A stretch of DNA of 64,000 nt from an uncultured Planctomycetota bacterium (GCA_963845755.1 CAWJTV010000032.1:50159-114158), one strand, 5' to 3'; numbered from the stretch's first letter, positions 35,375 through 45,136 are shown. Notes: generated by a model from the sequence alone, not told the origin. Numbers and translations are program-made.

Positions 35375-37697
35375 ATGTCTGGGAGCGTTTCTTCCACCAA
35401 ACAACGACGTGCTGTCATTCTCACTGCCATTCGCGCAGAATACCAAGCGGTGCGCGCGTATCTTACTGACCCCAGGGAAGTTACACATCCCCAAGGGACT
35501 GTGTACGAGCAGGGCGATTTCATCGATTCTATGGGCCACACTTGGCATGTCGGGATTGTCGAGATCGGCGCGGGTAACCCTGGAGCTGCCCTCGAAACTG
35601 AGCGAGCCATCGCCTTTTTCAACCCTGATGCCGCACTATTTGTAGGAGTTGCAGGGGGGTTGAAGGAAGTCCGATTGTGCGATGTTGTCGCTGCGACTAA
35701 GATTTATGGATATGAATCCGGAAAATCTAATGACGAATTCCAGCCAAGACCAAATGTGGGTGAGACGTCCTACTCGATGGAGCAACGTGCACGGGCTGAG
35801 GCTAGAAAGGATAACTGGCTGAAGCGACTCAGAACACCGTTACTCGAAGCGCCGCGCGTCTATGTAGCCCCAATAGCGGCCGGCGAAAAGGTCGTTGCTT
35901 CAGAGAGATCTGTTGTGTATGGGTTTCTGCCTCCAGTTACAGTGACGCAATCGCGGTCGAGATGGAGGGACGCGGTTTCCTCCAAGCGGCCCGGGCAAAT
36001 CAAAGCGTTCAATGTTTGGTGGTCCGCGGAATATCAGACCTCATCTCGCAGAAAAGCGAAACGGACAAAGAAGGATACCAAGATCTCGCAGCAGAGACAG
36101 CGAGCCGCCTTTGCCTTCGAAGTCCTAGCCAACTTGGAGGGAGAGAAGACCAGTGAGTCTCCGCCGATTCCGTTTCCCTCAAGCCCCTCTCACAACCTAC
36201 CTTCTCTGAGCGAGAGATTTGTAACCCGCGAAGAGCAACTCCGCGACATCCGCGACGCGTTGACTCGCGATCGCAGACTTGGTGTCGTCCGGGAGTTTGT
36301 CATCTACGGGCATAACGGAGCGGGAAAGACATCATTGGCCATCGATTATGGCTGGACCTACCTTCTCGAATACGGGGGCATTTTCTTCGTCGATTGCTCG
36401 GCCGATCCTTTTTACGAAGGAATCGCCAACCTGTTACCTCGTGTACTGCCCGACGTTGCTTATGATTATTTCGGTGCACCTGAATATAAGCAAAGTGTGG
36501 CCATTCGAGTTAGAAGCCATCTGGAGGCCAGCAGCATTCCTTCGCTGCTCATACTCGACGACGTCCGTAATGCTGATGAGTGGGACCGGATTCGGCGCTC
36601 AGGCTTCCTACCGGGCGAGTCATGTCATCGGTTGATCACTACCACCGATCCCGAGCTTCCCGCCGAAGATGCATTCAGACTCGGAGGTTTATCAGTCGCG
36701 GAGGGAATTGATCTGTTGGCCGCACATCGAGGCGATATCCGATCAGAAGAGAACAGAAAGCACGCCGAATTCATTCTGGATTGGCTCGGAGGAGTCCCCT
36801 TCTTCTTAACGATCGTCGGGGTCTACATGCGACGCAAGCCGAAACTGACATGGTCGGATTTTGCCCGAAGCCTTCAAGACTCGGGGCTTGGTGCCATCCG
36901 TCGCGCGGAGGACGCGGCTCGATTTCGTACCGATCTTTACATCCGCCGAGTCAACCAAGTGCTGGATAACTTACTCGACTCGCTTTCAGATGCTGAACGC
37001 AGGGCATTGGAATATTCTTCATTACTATTTAATTCTTATATAATAAAAACAGCTATAATTTTACTATTGAATTTCGATCCCACACTCACTCTGCAGGTCA
37101 TGCCCGGCTATGAGAAGGAGCCCGCCCGCCATCGTCAACGAACTCGAGGAGGCTCAACTACTCGTGCCTCGCTTCGATGCCGGCACTCAAGCCCTAGCGG
37201 TGCACGAGATCCTGAAAAAGAAGTTAGTAGAACGCATAGATAATGTAAATGGGTTAAGAAAACAGTATTTTCAGAATATATATAACACAGCAGTTAAAAT
37301 ATTTCTTTTGCCGGCCAAAGACATCTTTCCAGAACGTCGATCCGCAGATGGCCCGAGTCAGCCTTCTCTGTTCTTTCACGTTATGTACGCAATATTCGAG
37401 GGGTTAGAAAGGTGTGGACATGTGCAGAATGCATCGGCCTATTATAATTATTGGTTGGATATGCGAGATACAATGAACACAGCAAGGATGCTAGCCGAGA
37501 AGCTAGGAGGGAGAGTGGATCTGCAATACGACGTTTTGACAGTTAAGCATATGAGGATTTCACCGATAGTTGTTGTTGAATTGAACAATCTGACCGAGGC
37601 AACTGCTTTGGCCAAGGAGAATCAGGGGGAGGTTAAACTAATTGTTAATCAATCGAATCAAGTGGTTGCGATTATCGTTGTCATCAAGATCAGGTAA
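35375..37697 (+). CDS. Purine nucleoside phosphorylase/MTA-SAH nucleosidase domain fused to an NB-ARC-like STAND NTPase (frameshifts near 35930, 36100 and 37120)
   Basis: AVILTA..AEY, GAGN, FVGVAGG, AAGEKVV, MEGRG, VVRGISD; Walker A GHNGAGKT, Walker B LLILDD; visibly more AT-rich than the flanks. Confidence 0.8.
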
Positions 37698-37718
37698 GGC
37701 GCTGGTTCCGTCTTTTCG

Positions 37719-37876
37719 CCGGCCCCGGCGGCGACCGCACTTCCGACCCCAACCGGCCCGACGACCCCGAATCCATCGTCCGCCTCGTCGGCCAGGTCGT
37801 GCGGGTGAGCATCGAGACGGTCAGGATCGTCGAGGGGTTGCCACCGGCTTTCGGCTGGCCGAACGAGCCCGCGTAA
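37719..37876 (+). repeat. Direct repeat R1: 3' end of a type ISP-like R-M gene
   Basis: Encodes GPGGDRTSDPNRPDDPESIVRLVGQVVRVSIETVRIVEGLPPAFGWPNEPA*; 134/143 identical to R2. Confidence 0.9.
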
Positions 37877-37899
37877 TGTGTCCCTCAGTTTCCCCTTTG

Positions 37900-38529
37900 C
37901 TAGTAGGTCTCAGGAAGCTCGCCGCGCCGGTGGCGTTCGTAGTGGCTATTGTTGATGCTCTCCCGGCGGGAGTTCGGCTGGCGTCGGTTCAACTTGGGCA
38001 GGTCCGACGGATACGCGAGCTCGTTCCTCAGATTTGCGGCCATGTCCGGGACATGGCGCCACTTCCAAAACGTCTTGATCTTGAAGATCTTCTCCCGGCG
38101 AACCTCGTTCAGCTTGTCTCGGTCCAGGCGCAAGAACCGGATCATCCTCCACCCGTCAACCGATAAACCCTCGATGGTCCCGTTCTCCTTCACGCGGAAG
38201 TGGGCCCCGTAAGCCACCTTGCACGGGTCGAGGATCGGCCACCTGTTCTGCTTGAACGAGTTGCAATCACCGCAGGAATACACCATGTTCTCGTAATCGA
38301 GGGCGAGGTGCGTCGCACGGCTCCGGGGATTCAGGTGTTCGACGTGATAGGCGTTCTGGCCCGAGGGGTACCAGACCTCTCGGGTGAGACAGAAGACGCA
38401 GCGGAACACGAACTCGTCGCGGAGCCAAGGCTTGTAAGCCTTGTACCTCCGGTAGTCAAATGGCCCGTGGATGCGGACGTGGCACACTCCGGGGTATGTG
38501 AAGGGCGCGGGCTCCGCGTCAGTCATCAT
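37900..38529 (-). CDS. HNH endonuclease
   Basis: LRDEF.FRCVFC...HVEH..PRS...LDYENMVYSCGDCNSFK. Confidence 0.85.
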   Translation of the reverse strand: MMTDAEPAPFTYPGVCHVRIHGPFDYRRYKAYKPWLRDEFVFRCVFCLTREVWYPSGQNAYHVEHLNPRSRATHLALDYENMVYSCGDCNSFKQNRWPILDPCKVAYGAHFRVKENGTIEGLSVDGWRMIRFLRLDRDKLNEVRREKIFKIKTFWKWRHVPDMAANLRNELAYPSDLPKLNRRQPNSRRESINNSHYERHRRGELPETY

Positions 38530-41201
38530 CAACCTCGTTGCTCGGCCTCTAACTCTAATTGCCTCACACGTTCGTCGAGCCAAGTCAGATCCTCTAGTGG
38601 GAGGGGGGCGAACCGGTCCAGATAGCTGTCCGCTGCGTCCTGGAACTGCTTCAACTCCCGCTGCTCTTCCTGGGTTAACCCCTCGTTGAGCTCCTTGTCG
38701 ATGAGGAAGGCCCGCCTATCGTTGTACCAGTTCCCAGGCTTCGACGGGATACCGGACCCTGGTAGGGGTGACTGCCGCCAAGCGGGATTCCAGGGCGCTG
38801 ATCTTGAAATCGACGGCGACCGGCCGTTCCGCGTGGCGCAGGTAACTGAGCACCTTCAACTGCAGTGACTCCGGCAGGCGGTATCCCTTGAGAATGATGG
38901 CATCGATCTCGAGGAGGGCGTCTCGCACCTCGCCGGGGCCGAACAGGCTCGGCCCATGCGGCTCCGCAAGGTCTGTCAGGTACTTCCGCACCAGCATTGT
39001 GACGGCTTCCTGTTCGCCATCGCTGTTCTGTGGGACCGGGATTAGGTCGAGCACGTTCTTGTTGTTGTGCATGCCGGTCGCGTGGCAGGCGACGAAGGCT
39101 CCCGCGAGAGGGTTATTCAGTACGGCTGCAAGGTATTCAATTGATGTTTCTTCATCTCTGGGCCACACTCCGTGGAAATTCTGGGTGCAGTATGACTCCT
39201 CATAATCAAGAAATGCGACGTGCCTCCAGCCTCGCACGGCTCTCCGGACCGCATTTACTATGACCTTCTTGCGACTCCACGGATGTTCACTACCCCTCCG
39301 CAATCCATCTTTTTTTACGTTCAGATATGTAGCCCGAGTCGGTTCGTAGGCCAGCAACTCTGTCTCGTCCGCGCTCCAGAATCCTCGCCGAAACCCCATG
39401 CGGGGCGTCTCTGAACGCCGCTCGGTCTCCGCGACAGAATTATGCCATTCGATCCCACGGTGTATCTTTGCGATACTTTTGAACTTCGAAACTACTCTCT
39501 AAGTATCTCCAAACCTCGATAAGGGCTGGTATGGCCAAGCTGGTGACCGCTTGCTCAACCGTCTTCGTAGCCTGATCCTGCCTCGTAAACGTATAGCCGG
39601 CGAGAAAAGGCTCGCGGTCCGTCTTCTCTAAAGATTTGAACGTAATTGTAATAAGATTATCCCCCCTCGGTGGTTCATATGCAATAAGGAGAGCACTACG
39701 ATGCCTAGAAATAAAAAAAACATTCTCCTCAGGCAACTCGACGATTTCAACGCTTCCGAATCGATCAGCTATTCTCCGACGAACCTCTCGGAATTCGTCG
39801 CCGCTCAGGATCGTATAAGGTAGGACAAAGCCAAGCATCCCGTCAGAGTGCAGAGCATCGAGCACTCGGTGGAGCAACTCGATCGGCTTGCGATCTGCCC
39901 TCACCCGCGCGTACCGGACTTTCTCCGATTGCGAGAATCTCTCGTAGGGCGGGTTGCAGACGATGACCCTCGCGTTCTCCAGCGAGCTTCGGAAGTCGGA
40001 CGAATGAAAGACGTCACCGAGCCTCAGCCGCCACCCGTTCGAGTTGGGAAAGTCGGCGAGCATCAGGCAGAGCCAGCTCACCTCCAAGGCGAACGAGTCC
40101 ATCTCATATCCCTCGAGCATCTCCACGAAGTATCGGTGACGCTCCTCAGCCGCCATGGGCGTTCGAAGGGCACCACGCAACCTCTGAAGTGCTGCGACGA
40201 GGAAGATCCCGTGGCCCGAGCAGGCTCCAGGATGAACCTCTCCCGCTCGTCGAGCTTCTCGATAGGCAGGCTTCGCACGATGTAGCGGGCGATGCTGGAG
40301 GGGGTTCCGTGGATGCCAAGCTTCTTCCGCAGCGGTTTCGTCACGAGCGTGTGCTCGTATATGTACGCGAGGACCTCGACCGAGAGGTTCTGGAAATTCA
40401 GCCTCCTCCATAGAATCGGGAACACGGCCTCCCAGACGGCCCGGTCGTCCAAGACGGGTTCGCTCTGGCCATAGTACGACTCGACTTTGCTCAAGACCTC
40501 GGCGGGGTCGGAGGAGCCGGAAATCTCGGCGAACTCCCCGAATCCGCGGTCGTGAAGCACCTTGGCGGCGAGGAAGCGGAAGGCCAACCGGAACGTCCCC
40601 TGCACTCGGCGAGCGAGAGCGACTCCCACTCCTTCCCGTAAACCCGAAGGGCCTCCGCGAGCACTTCGTTGAGCATCCGGTCCAGTTTCTCCCGGATCTG
40701 TCCTTCGAGCGCGGGGATTAGCCCTAGGTCGAAGAAGTCGAGCTGACGTTCACCGCCCAGGTCCAGGCCGATGTTCTTGCCACGGAGGATGGATTCCGCC
40801 GACCACGCACCTGAATACCGGACGAAGGCATCGCGGAGGTTCCCGGGGAGAATGATCTGGCGCTCGTCGTCGGGGGTCATCTCCTTGCCAACTCGCCAGG
40901 CGGAGATGGCGTCCTCGCGCACCTCGAAGGCGACGGAGGCACCCAGGGCGCGGAAGTCAGAGATCAGGCCCGCCCCGGCCTTGCCGTTCGGGACGACGAC
41001 GGCGATGCAGGCGGTCTGATAGGTGGGGGGCAACTGGCCGAAGGCGGCGACGGGCACCGTCCTGCGCGGGTCGCCGGGCTGGAACCAGTCAGTGAACTCG
41101 TAATCCCGGATTACGAGGCTGCCGTCATAGCCGAGGGGGGGCAATTCGGAAACGACCGAATCGAAGAGTCTCTTGTGTTTGTCGCTCTTGAACGCGGCCA
41201 T
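38529..41201 (-). CDS. N6-adenine DNA methyltransferase (Eco57I/type IIG-like) with TaqI-C-like TRD and helical tail; several frameshifts
   Basis: YIYEHTLV...GIHGTPSSIA, ILEPA(C)GHGIFL (motif I), IVCNPPY (motif IV), G.LGFVLP, YLAAVLN; pieces 40491..41201, 40078..40629, 39440..40411, 38716..39399 plus tail. Confidence 0.8.
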
Positions 41202-41313
41202 CCCATCCCCTCGCGCCTAGCCGATGCCTGATCCGCCCTCCTTCGCTCGACTTGGGTGCTCACGTCCTCCTGCCACAGCGACGCGCACCGCTCCGCTGGA
41301 TGCTGAACAAGCT

Positions 41314-41760
41314 TTAACTAATAGTACGGCTGGGAGCCCTGCAACGCCAGTCACTGATCGTTGGCGCCGTGACATGCACGCCGACTCCCAGCCGCGCCAG
41401 GCTACTCTTTCCCTCGACTCGCGCCGCGATGCGTGAACGAAGGGGCAGATAGATGCGCTGTTCGGTAAATCCCAGGACAAAGGACCTCGGCGGCAGGTCG
41501 TGCCCCTGCGGGCCGATCAGCACAGATTCGGTGTAGTTGTCGCTATAAATCAATTCCTTGATATCAAATCCGCTGGCGTGAGGTCGTATTGACGCGGGTT
41601 GACCGGTCGGCGAGCTTCTGAGGGGCTTCCATTTCCTGATGCTGCTGTCCAGCGTCAAATCGATGGCGGTCAACGTCCAGTGTTGGGGGTCGGGCCTGGG
41701 CCTGATGACGATCTGGCCGTGCTCGATCGCAGCCAGGATTTCTCGATCGCTGAGTATCAT
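41314..41760 (-). pseudogene. dcd: dCTP deaminase (Dcd/dUTPase fold), C-terminally truncated after TAPTI
   Basis: MILSDREI...AIDLTL...FVLGFT.Q...ARVEGKSSLARLGVGVHVTAPTI, then unrelated sequence. Confidence 0.75.
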
Positions 41761-42054
41761 ACCGCCACCGGTTCGATCTCATGCCAGAGCTCGCCGAACC
41801 TTACCCAGGCCCGGTTCGTGCCCTGACCCGGACTCGACGGGAAACTCGATGAGCGCGAGCCGCTTTCTCCGATCGATCTTGACGATCCCGACGGGAAGGT
41901 AATCCTCAGACCCACGACGGCGGATCATATTCTTGGGCACGTTGATCTGGTGCAATCGTCCTTCGGCATCCCTCAACTCCGCGATCCGGTCCAGGGGAGG
42001 CACGACTTCTTGGACTTCGCAACGAACTTCCGGATAATACGTGACCTCATCCAT
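41757..42054 (-). CDS. Small hypothetical protein, first gene of the dcd-MTase-HNH operon
   Basis: ORF 41779..42054; a 1-bp shift near 41825 gives RAWVRFGELWHEIEPVAV* overlapping the dcd ATG. Confidence 0.55.
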
Positions 42055-42250
42055 CTCCTACCACTCCCTCAAAGGTGGCCTGGAATTGAGCCGACAGTGT
42101 GAATGTCAGTATAGTATCACCCGGGGAGCCGCGGTCAACGAATTATTGCTCGACCACTCTGTCGCGCCGACTGGATGGTTTTCTCACTCGGCGACGTCGC
42201 AACATGACCAGCAATCGTAATCGTCGTCATGATCCGCCGGTTCGCGGAAG

Positions 42251-42463
42251 TTGTGGGTCATCGATCAATACCAGGTCAAGCCCATTACCGGCCTCGGAGG
42301 CGATCGCACTTCCGACCCCTACCGGCCCGACGACCCCGAATCCATCGTCCGCCTCGTCGGCCAGGTCGTGCGGGTGAGCATCGAGACGGTCAAGATCGTC
42401 GAGGGTCTACCACCGGCTTTCGGATGGCCGGAAGAGGCCCAGACCGAGAACGGAACGGTCTGA
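42251..42463 (+). repeat. Direct repeat R2: longer 3' end of a type ISP-like R-M gene
   Basis: WVIDQYQVK...SDPYRPDDPESIVRLVGQVVRVSIETVKIVEGLP, resembling the C-terminus of type ISP specificity domains; core 42288-42430. Confidence 0.9.
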
Positions 42464-42631
42464 GATCAGCAACCGTCTTCCCGTTTTCGCCAGAGCCAGA
42501 AGCGACACAAAGAAACTCGGTACGAGGCGCGTATCCGCCGGTGATTCTCATCGGAGATGGACCCATTCCTCCCGGGTAAGATAGAATCCAGACGTTGAGA
42601 TCGCGTCGTTGACCGAGCTGGAGTCCTCGAC

Positions 42632-42925
42632 ATGAACCGAACGGCCATCCTCGACCGTCTGAAGGCGGAAATCCCCACCCTGCGCCAGACATACGGGATC
42701 CGCTCCTTGGCCGTGTTCGGCTCGATGGCTCGGGGCGACGATCGGGAAGGCAGTGATGTGGACATCCTCGTCACGTTCGACGGCAAGCCGGACTTCGACC
42801 GTTTCATGGGCCTGAAGCTCGACCTCGAGGACATGCTCGGCCGCCCGGTCGATCTGGGTACCCCCGATACACTCCGGCCCGAGATGCGGGCGGAAGTCGA
42901 GAGGGACCTCATCCATGTCTCGTGA
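42632..42925 (+). CDS. MNT nucleotidyltransferase antitoxin (MntA-like)
   Basis: LAVFGSMARGDDREGSDVDILVTF...LEDMLGRPVDL. Confidence 0.9.
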   Translation: MNRTAILDRLKAEIPTLRQTYGIRSLAVFGSMARGDDREGSDVDILVTFDGKPDFDRFMGLKLDLEDMLGRPVDLGTPDTLRPEMRAEVERDLIHVS

Positions 42926-43252
42926 CTGGCAAGCCTATCTGGACGACATGAGAATAGCCTGCGAGAAGGTGATACGGTTCACCGCCGGCATGGATCGCCA
43001 AGCGTTCTTCGCCGATGACCGGACGTACCATGCCGCGATCCATTGCCTCCTCATCGTCGGCGAGGCCGCCAAACGCATCCCGGACGACGTGCGCTGCGCA
43101 TCCCTCAGGTGGAATGGCGTAAGATCGCCGGAATGCGCGATTGGCTGGCTCATGCCTACTTTTCGATCAACAACGACATTCTCTGGGACGTGATCGAATC
43201 GAAAGTTCCTGAGCTGTCGCGCGCACTCGAGGCGTTTCAGCAGCAGGGGTAG
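42915..43252 (+). CDS. HepT/DUF86 ribonuclease toxin, frameshift near 43095
   Basis: YL.DM...IVGEAAKRIP; W..IAGMRDWLAHAY (R-x4-H-x-Y). Confidence 0.85.
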
Positions 43253-43255
43253 ACC

Positions 43256-43607
43256 ATGGCCGTCAGACGCGGGACGACGCGACACGAGAAACGCGCTGTG
43301 AAGCCGAGCGTCCTCCGCGACATCGTGCGCCGCGTCGTCGAGGTGGCCCAGCCCGAGAAGATCATTCTGTTCGGCTCGGCTGCGGCGGGGAGATGGGACC
43401 CGACAGCGATGTCGATCTGCTGGTCATCAAAGGAGGCCGATTTCAACGGGGACGGCTCGTCGAAAAGATTTACAGCAACATGCACGGGGCGAGAGAGGCC
43501 GTCAACATCATCGTCGTCACCCGGAAGAGGTGGAACGCTATCGCGACACGCCGTGTCTGGTCATCTATCCGGCGTTGCGCGAGGGAAAGGTGATCTATGG
43601 GGCGTAA
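43256..43607 (+). CDS. Second MNT nucleotidyltransferase-domain protein (frameshifted)
   Basis: PEKIILFGSAA..G..DSDVDLLVI...ALREGKVIYGA*. Confidence 0.75.
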
Positions 43608-43780
43608 ACTGGAGGTGAGCGGGACCGAGGTCTCAGGCGAATTGGGACGCCGCCATCGGGAGAAAGTCGCGCAAGCGCTGCTCAATCCGTTCGGATGGGA
43701 CGCGTACGTCGTGGTCTGTGCCTTCTCATCCCGAGGTCACCGGATTCGCTTCTCGTTTCACCGAGCGGAGGAATCGACCG

Positions 43781-44161
43781 ATGGCTAAGCGCCCCTCAAA
43801 GCCCTACGGAGAACGGATCAAGGGATTGATGGCCGAGAAGTCGCGGCTGCTTTCCCAGGCCCAGGCCTTCGAGGATATGGGCCTGGAGGAGACGGCCCGA
43901 CCCGTGTGGTCTTGCGCCGCGTCGTATGAAGAGCGGATCGCGCCGCTGCTCGATGTGATCGGCCGCGACGCCGAAGCGGCCCTGCACCGCGTCAGCGCCG
44001 CCGCCTGCTACGAGAAGTCCGGTGACTGGAGCCGTGCGACCAATCTCTACCGTGCGGCGCTGGCCGGTCCGATGCCGGACGCGGCCAGGGCGGATGTGCA
44101 GCGAAAGCTATCGGCCTGCCTCGAGCAACTTCATCAGGCCGCGGTCGGCTCGGTCGTCTGA
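43781..44161 (+). CDS. Hypothetical helical (TPR-like) protein
   Basis: ATG preceded by GGAGG; SAAACYEKSGDWSRATNLYRAAL. Confidence 0.6.
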   Translation: MAKRPSKPYGERIKGLMAEKSRLLSQAQAFEDMGLEETARPVWSCAASYEERIAPLLDVIGRDAEAALHRVSAAACYEKSGDWSRATNLYRAALAGPMPDAARADVQRKLSACLEQLHQAAVGSVV

Positions 44162-44169
44162 GGTCATCC

Positions 44170-44248
44170 GCCCCGGCGGCGACCGCACTTCCGACCCCAA
44201 CCGGCCCGACGACCCCGAGTCCATCGTCCGCCTCGTCGGCCAGGTCGT
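44170..44248 (+). repeat. Direct repeat R3: truncated copy of the R-M 3' end
   Basis: 78/79 identical to R1 (one synonymous GAA/GAG change). Confidence 0.9.
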
Positions 44249-44319
44249 TAGCTTCCGAACTCCTCCTCCTGCCGCACGAGGCGGCAGGGGTCGGTGTCTC
44301 CAGTTACCTTTGCCACCGT

Positions 44320-44362
44320 AAAAAAATAACCCGACTGAGGCCTTTCGGCGGGTCAGCCGGGT
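44320..44362 (-). terminator. Intrinsic terminator-like hairpin downstream of hicB
   Basis: Minus strand acccggctga...tcagtcgggt followed by TATTTTTTT. Confidence 0.55.
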
Positions 44363-44461
44363 AAGAAGTATTGAAACTATCGTGCATTCCTCGAGAAAAA
44401 TGAACCTCGATTCGTCCAACGATGGCCGCGGCGGGCTGGAGCCCCTGCGCTGCCCGCTTGG

Positions 44462-44677
44462 TCAGGCGTCGACCTCGACGTATTCCACACGACTCGACGG
44501 CTCGGGGATGGGTAAACCGTCTTCTGCCATCCCCTCCAGGTGCAGCGCGATGGCCTCGCGGATCAGACGCTCGACTTCTTGCTCCGACTCGCCCGTGGCC
44601 ACGCACCCCGGCAGGTCCGGCACGTAGGCCGCAAGGTTCGTCCCCGCATCCTCGATGACGATCGCGTACCGCTTCAT
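44462..44677 (-). CDS. hicB: HicB family antitoxin
   Basis: YAIVIE...AYVPDLPGCVATGES..E....REAIALHLE...IPEP. Confidence 0.92.
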   Translation of the reverse strand: MKRYAIVIEDAGTNLAAYVPDLPGCVATGESEQEVERLIREAIALHLEGMAEDGLPIPEPSSRVEYVEVDA

Positions 44678-44690
44678 CGTCCCTCCGCCC

Positions 44691-45136
44691 TCAATCGTCC
44701 CAGCCAGCCTGCTTGAAAATGCTACTCAGTGTCGGTTCCAAAAGCCCCAGAGGGGCGACCGGACGTAGCCAGGGGCGTGAGCCCCTGGACGATCGACCGC
44801 GACCCCCTCGACCGTCGTTCGAGCCCCGGAGGGGCGACAGACGTCCTCAGGGCCACAGGGTGTCTGTCGCCCCTCCGGGGCTCCCGGATCGGAGGAACTC
44901 CCCTCGTCCAGGGGCTCACGCCCCTGGCTACGTGCTTCCGCCCCCATCCGGGGGCTCAGGAAGGGACTTATGGAACAGACTCTCAACGTGCCGGGCGGGA
45001 TGGTATGGCTCGGCTTCCCCGAAACGGTGACGCGACCGGGCTTCGTCGGATGTTTGAACTGAGAGTGATCGCCCTTCGACTTGACCCTGGCCCAGCCGTC
45101 GGCTCGGAGCCGACGGAGTATTTCGCTGACCTTCAT
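44691..45136 (-). pseudogene. hicA: HicA toxin interrupted by a MITE
   Basis: L.ADGW...KGDH.QFKHPTKPGRVTV...IPPGTL[insert]SSIFKQAGWDD*. Confidence 0.9.
44729..44982. mobile_element. 254-bp MITE (same TIR family as 32069-32188) carrying a large REP-like hairpin
   Basis: Ends gtgtcggttcca...tggaacagactc; TCA/TGA duplicated at 44726-44728 and 44983-44985; removal restores the hicA frame. Confidence 0.88.

Noticed and set aside
37719..44248. R1-R3 as a CRISPR array or integron attC sites
   Set aside because: The repeats are protein-coding-derived, 79-213 bp long and kilobases apart, with no attC-type palindrome and no cas or intI gene in the window.
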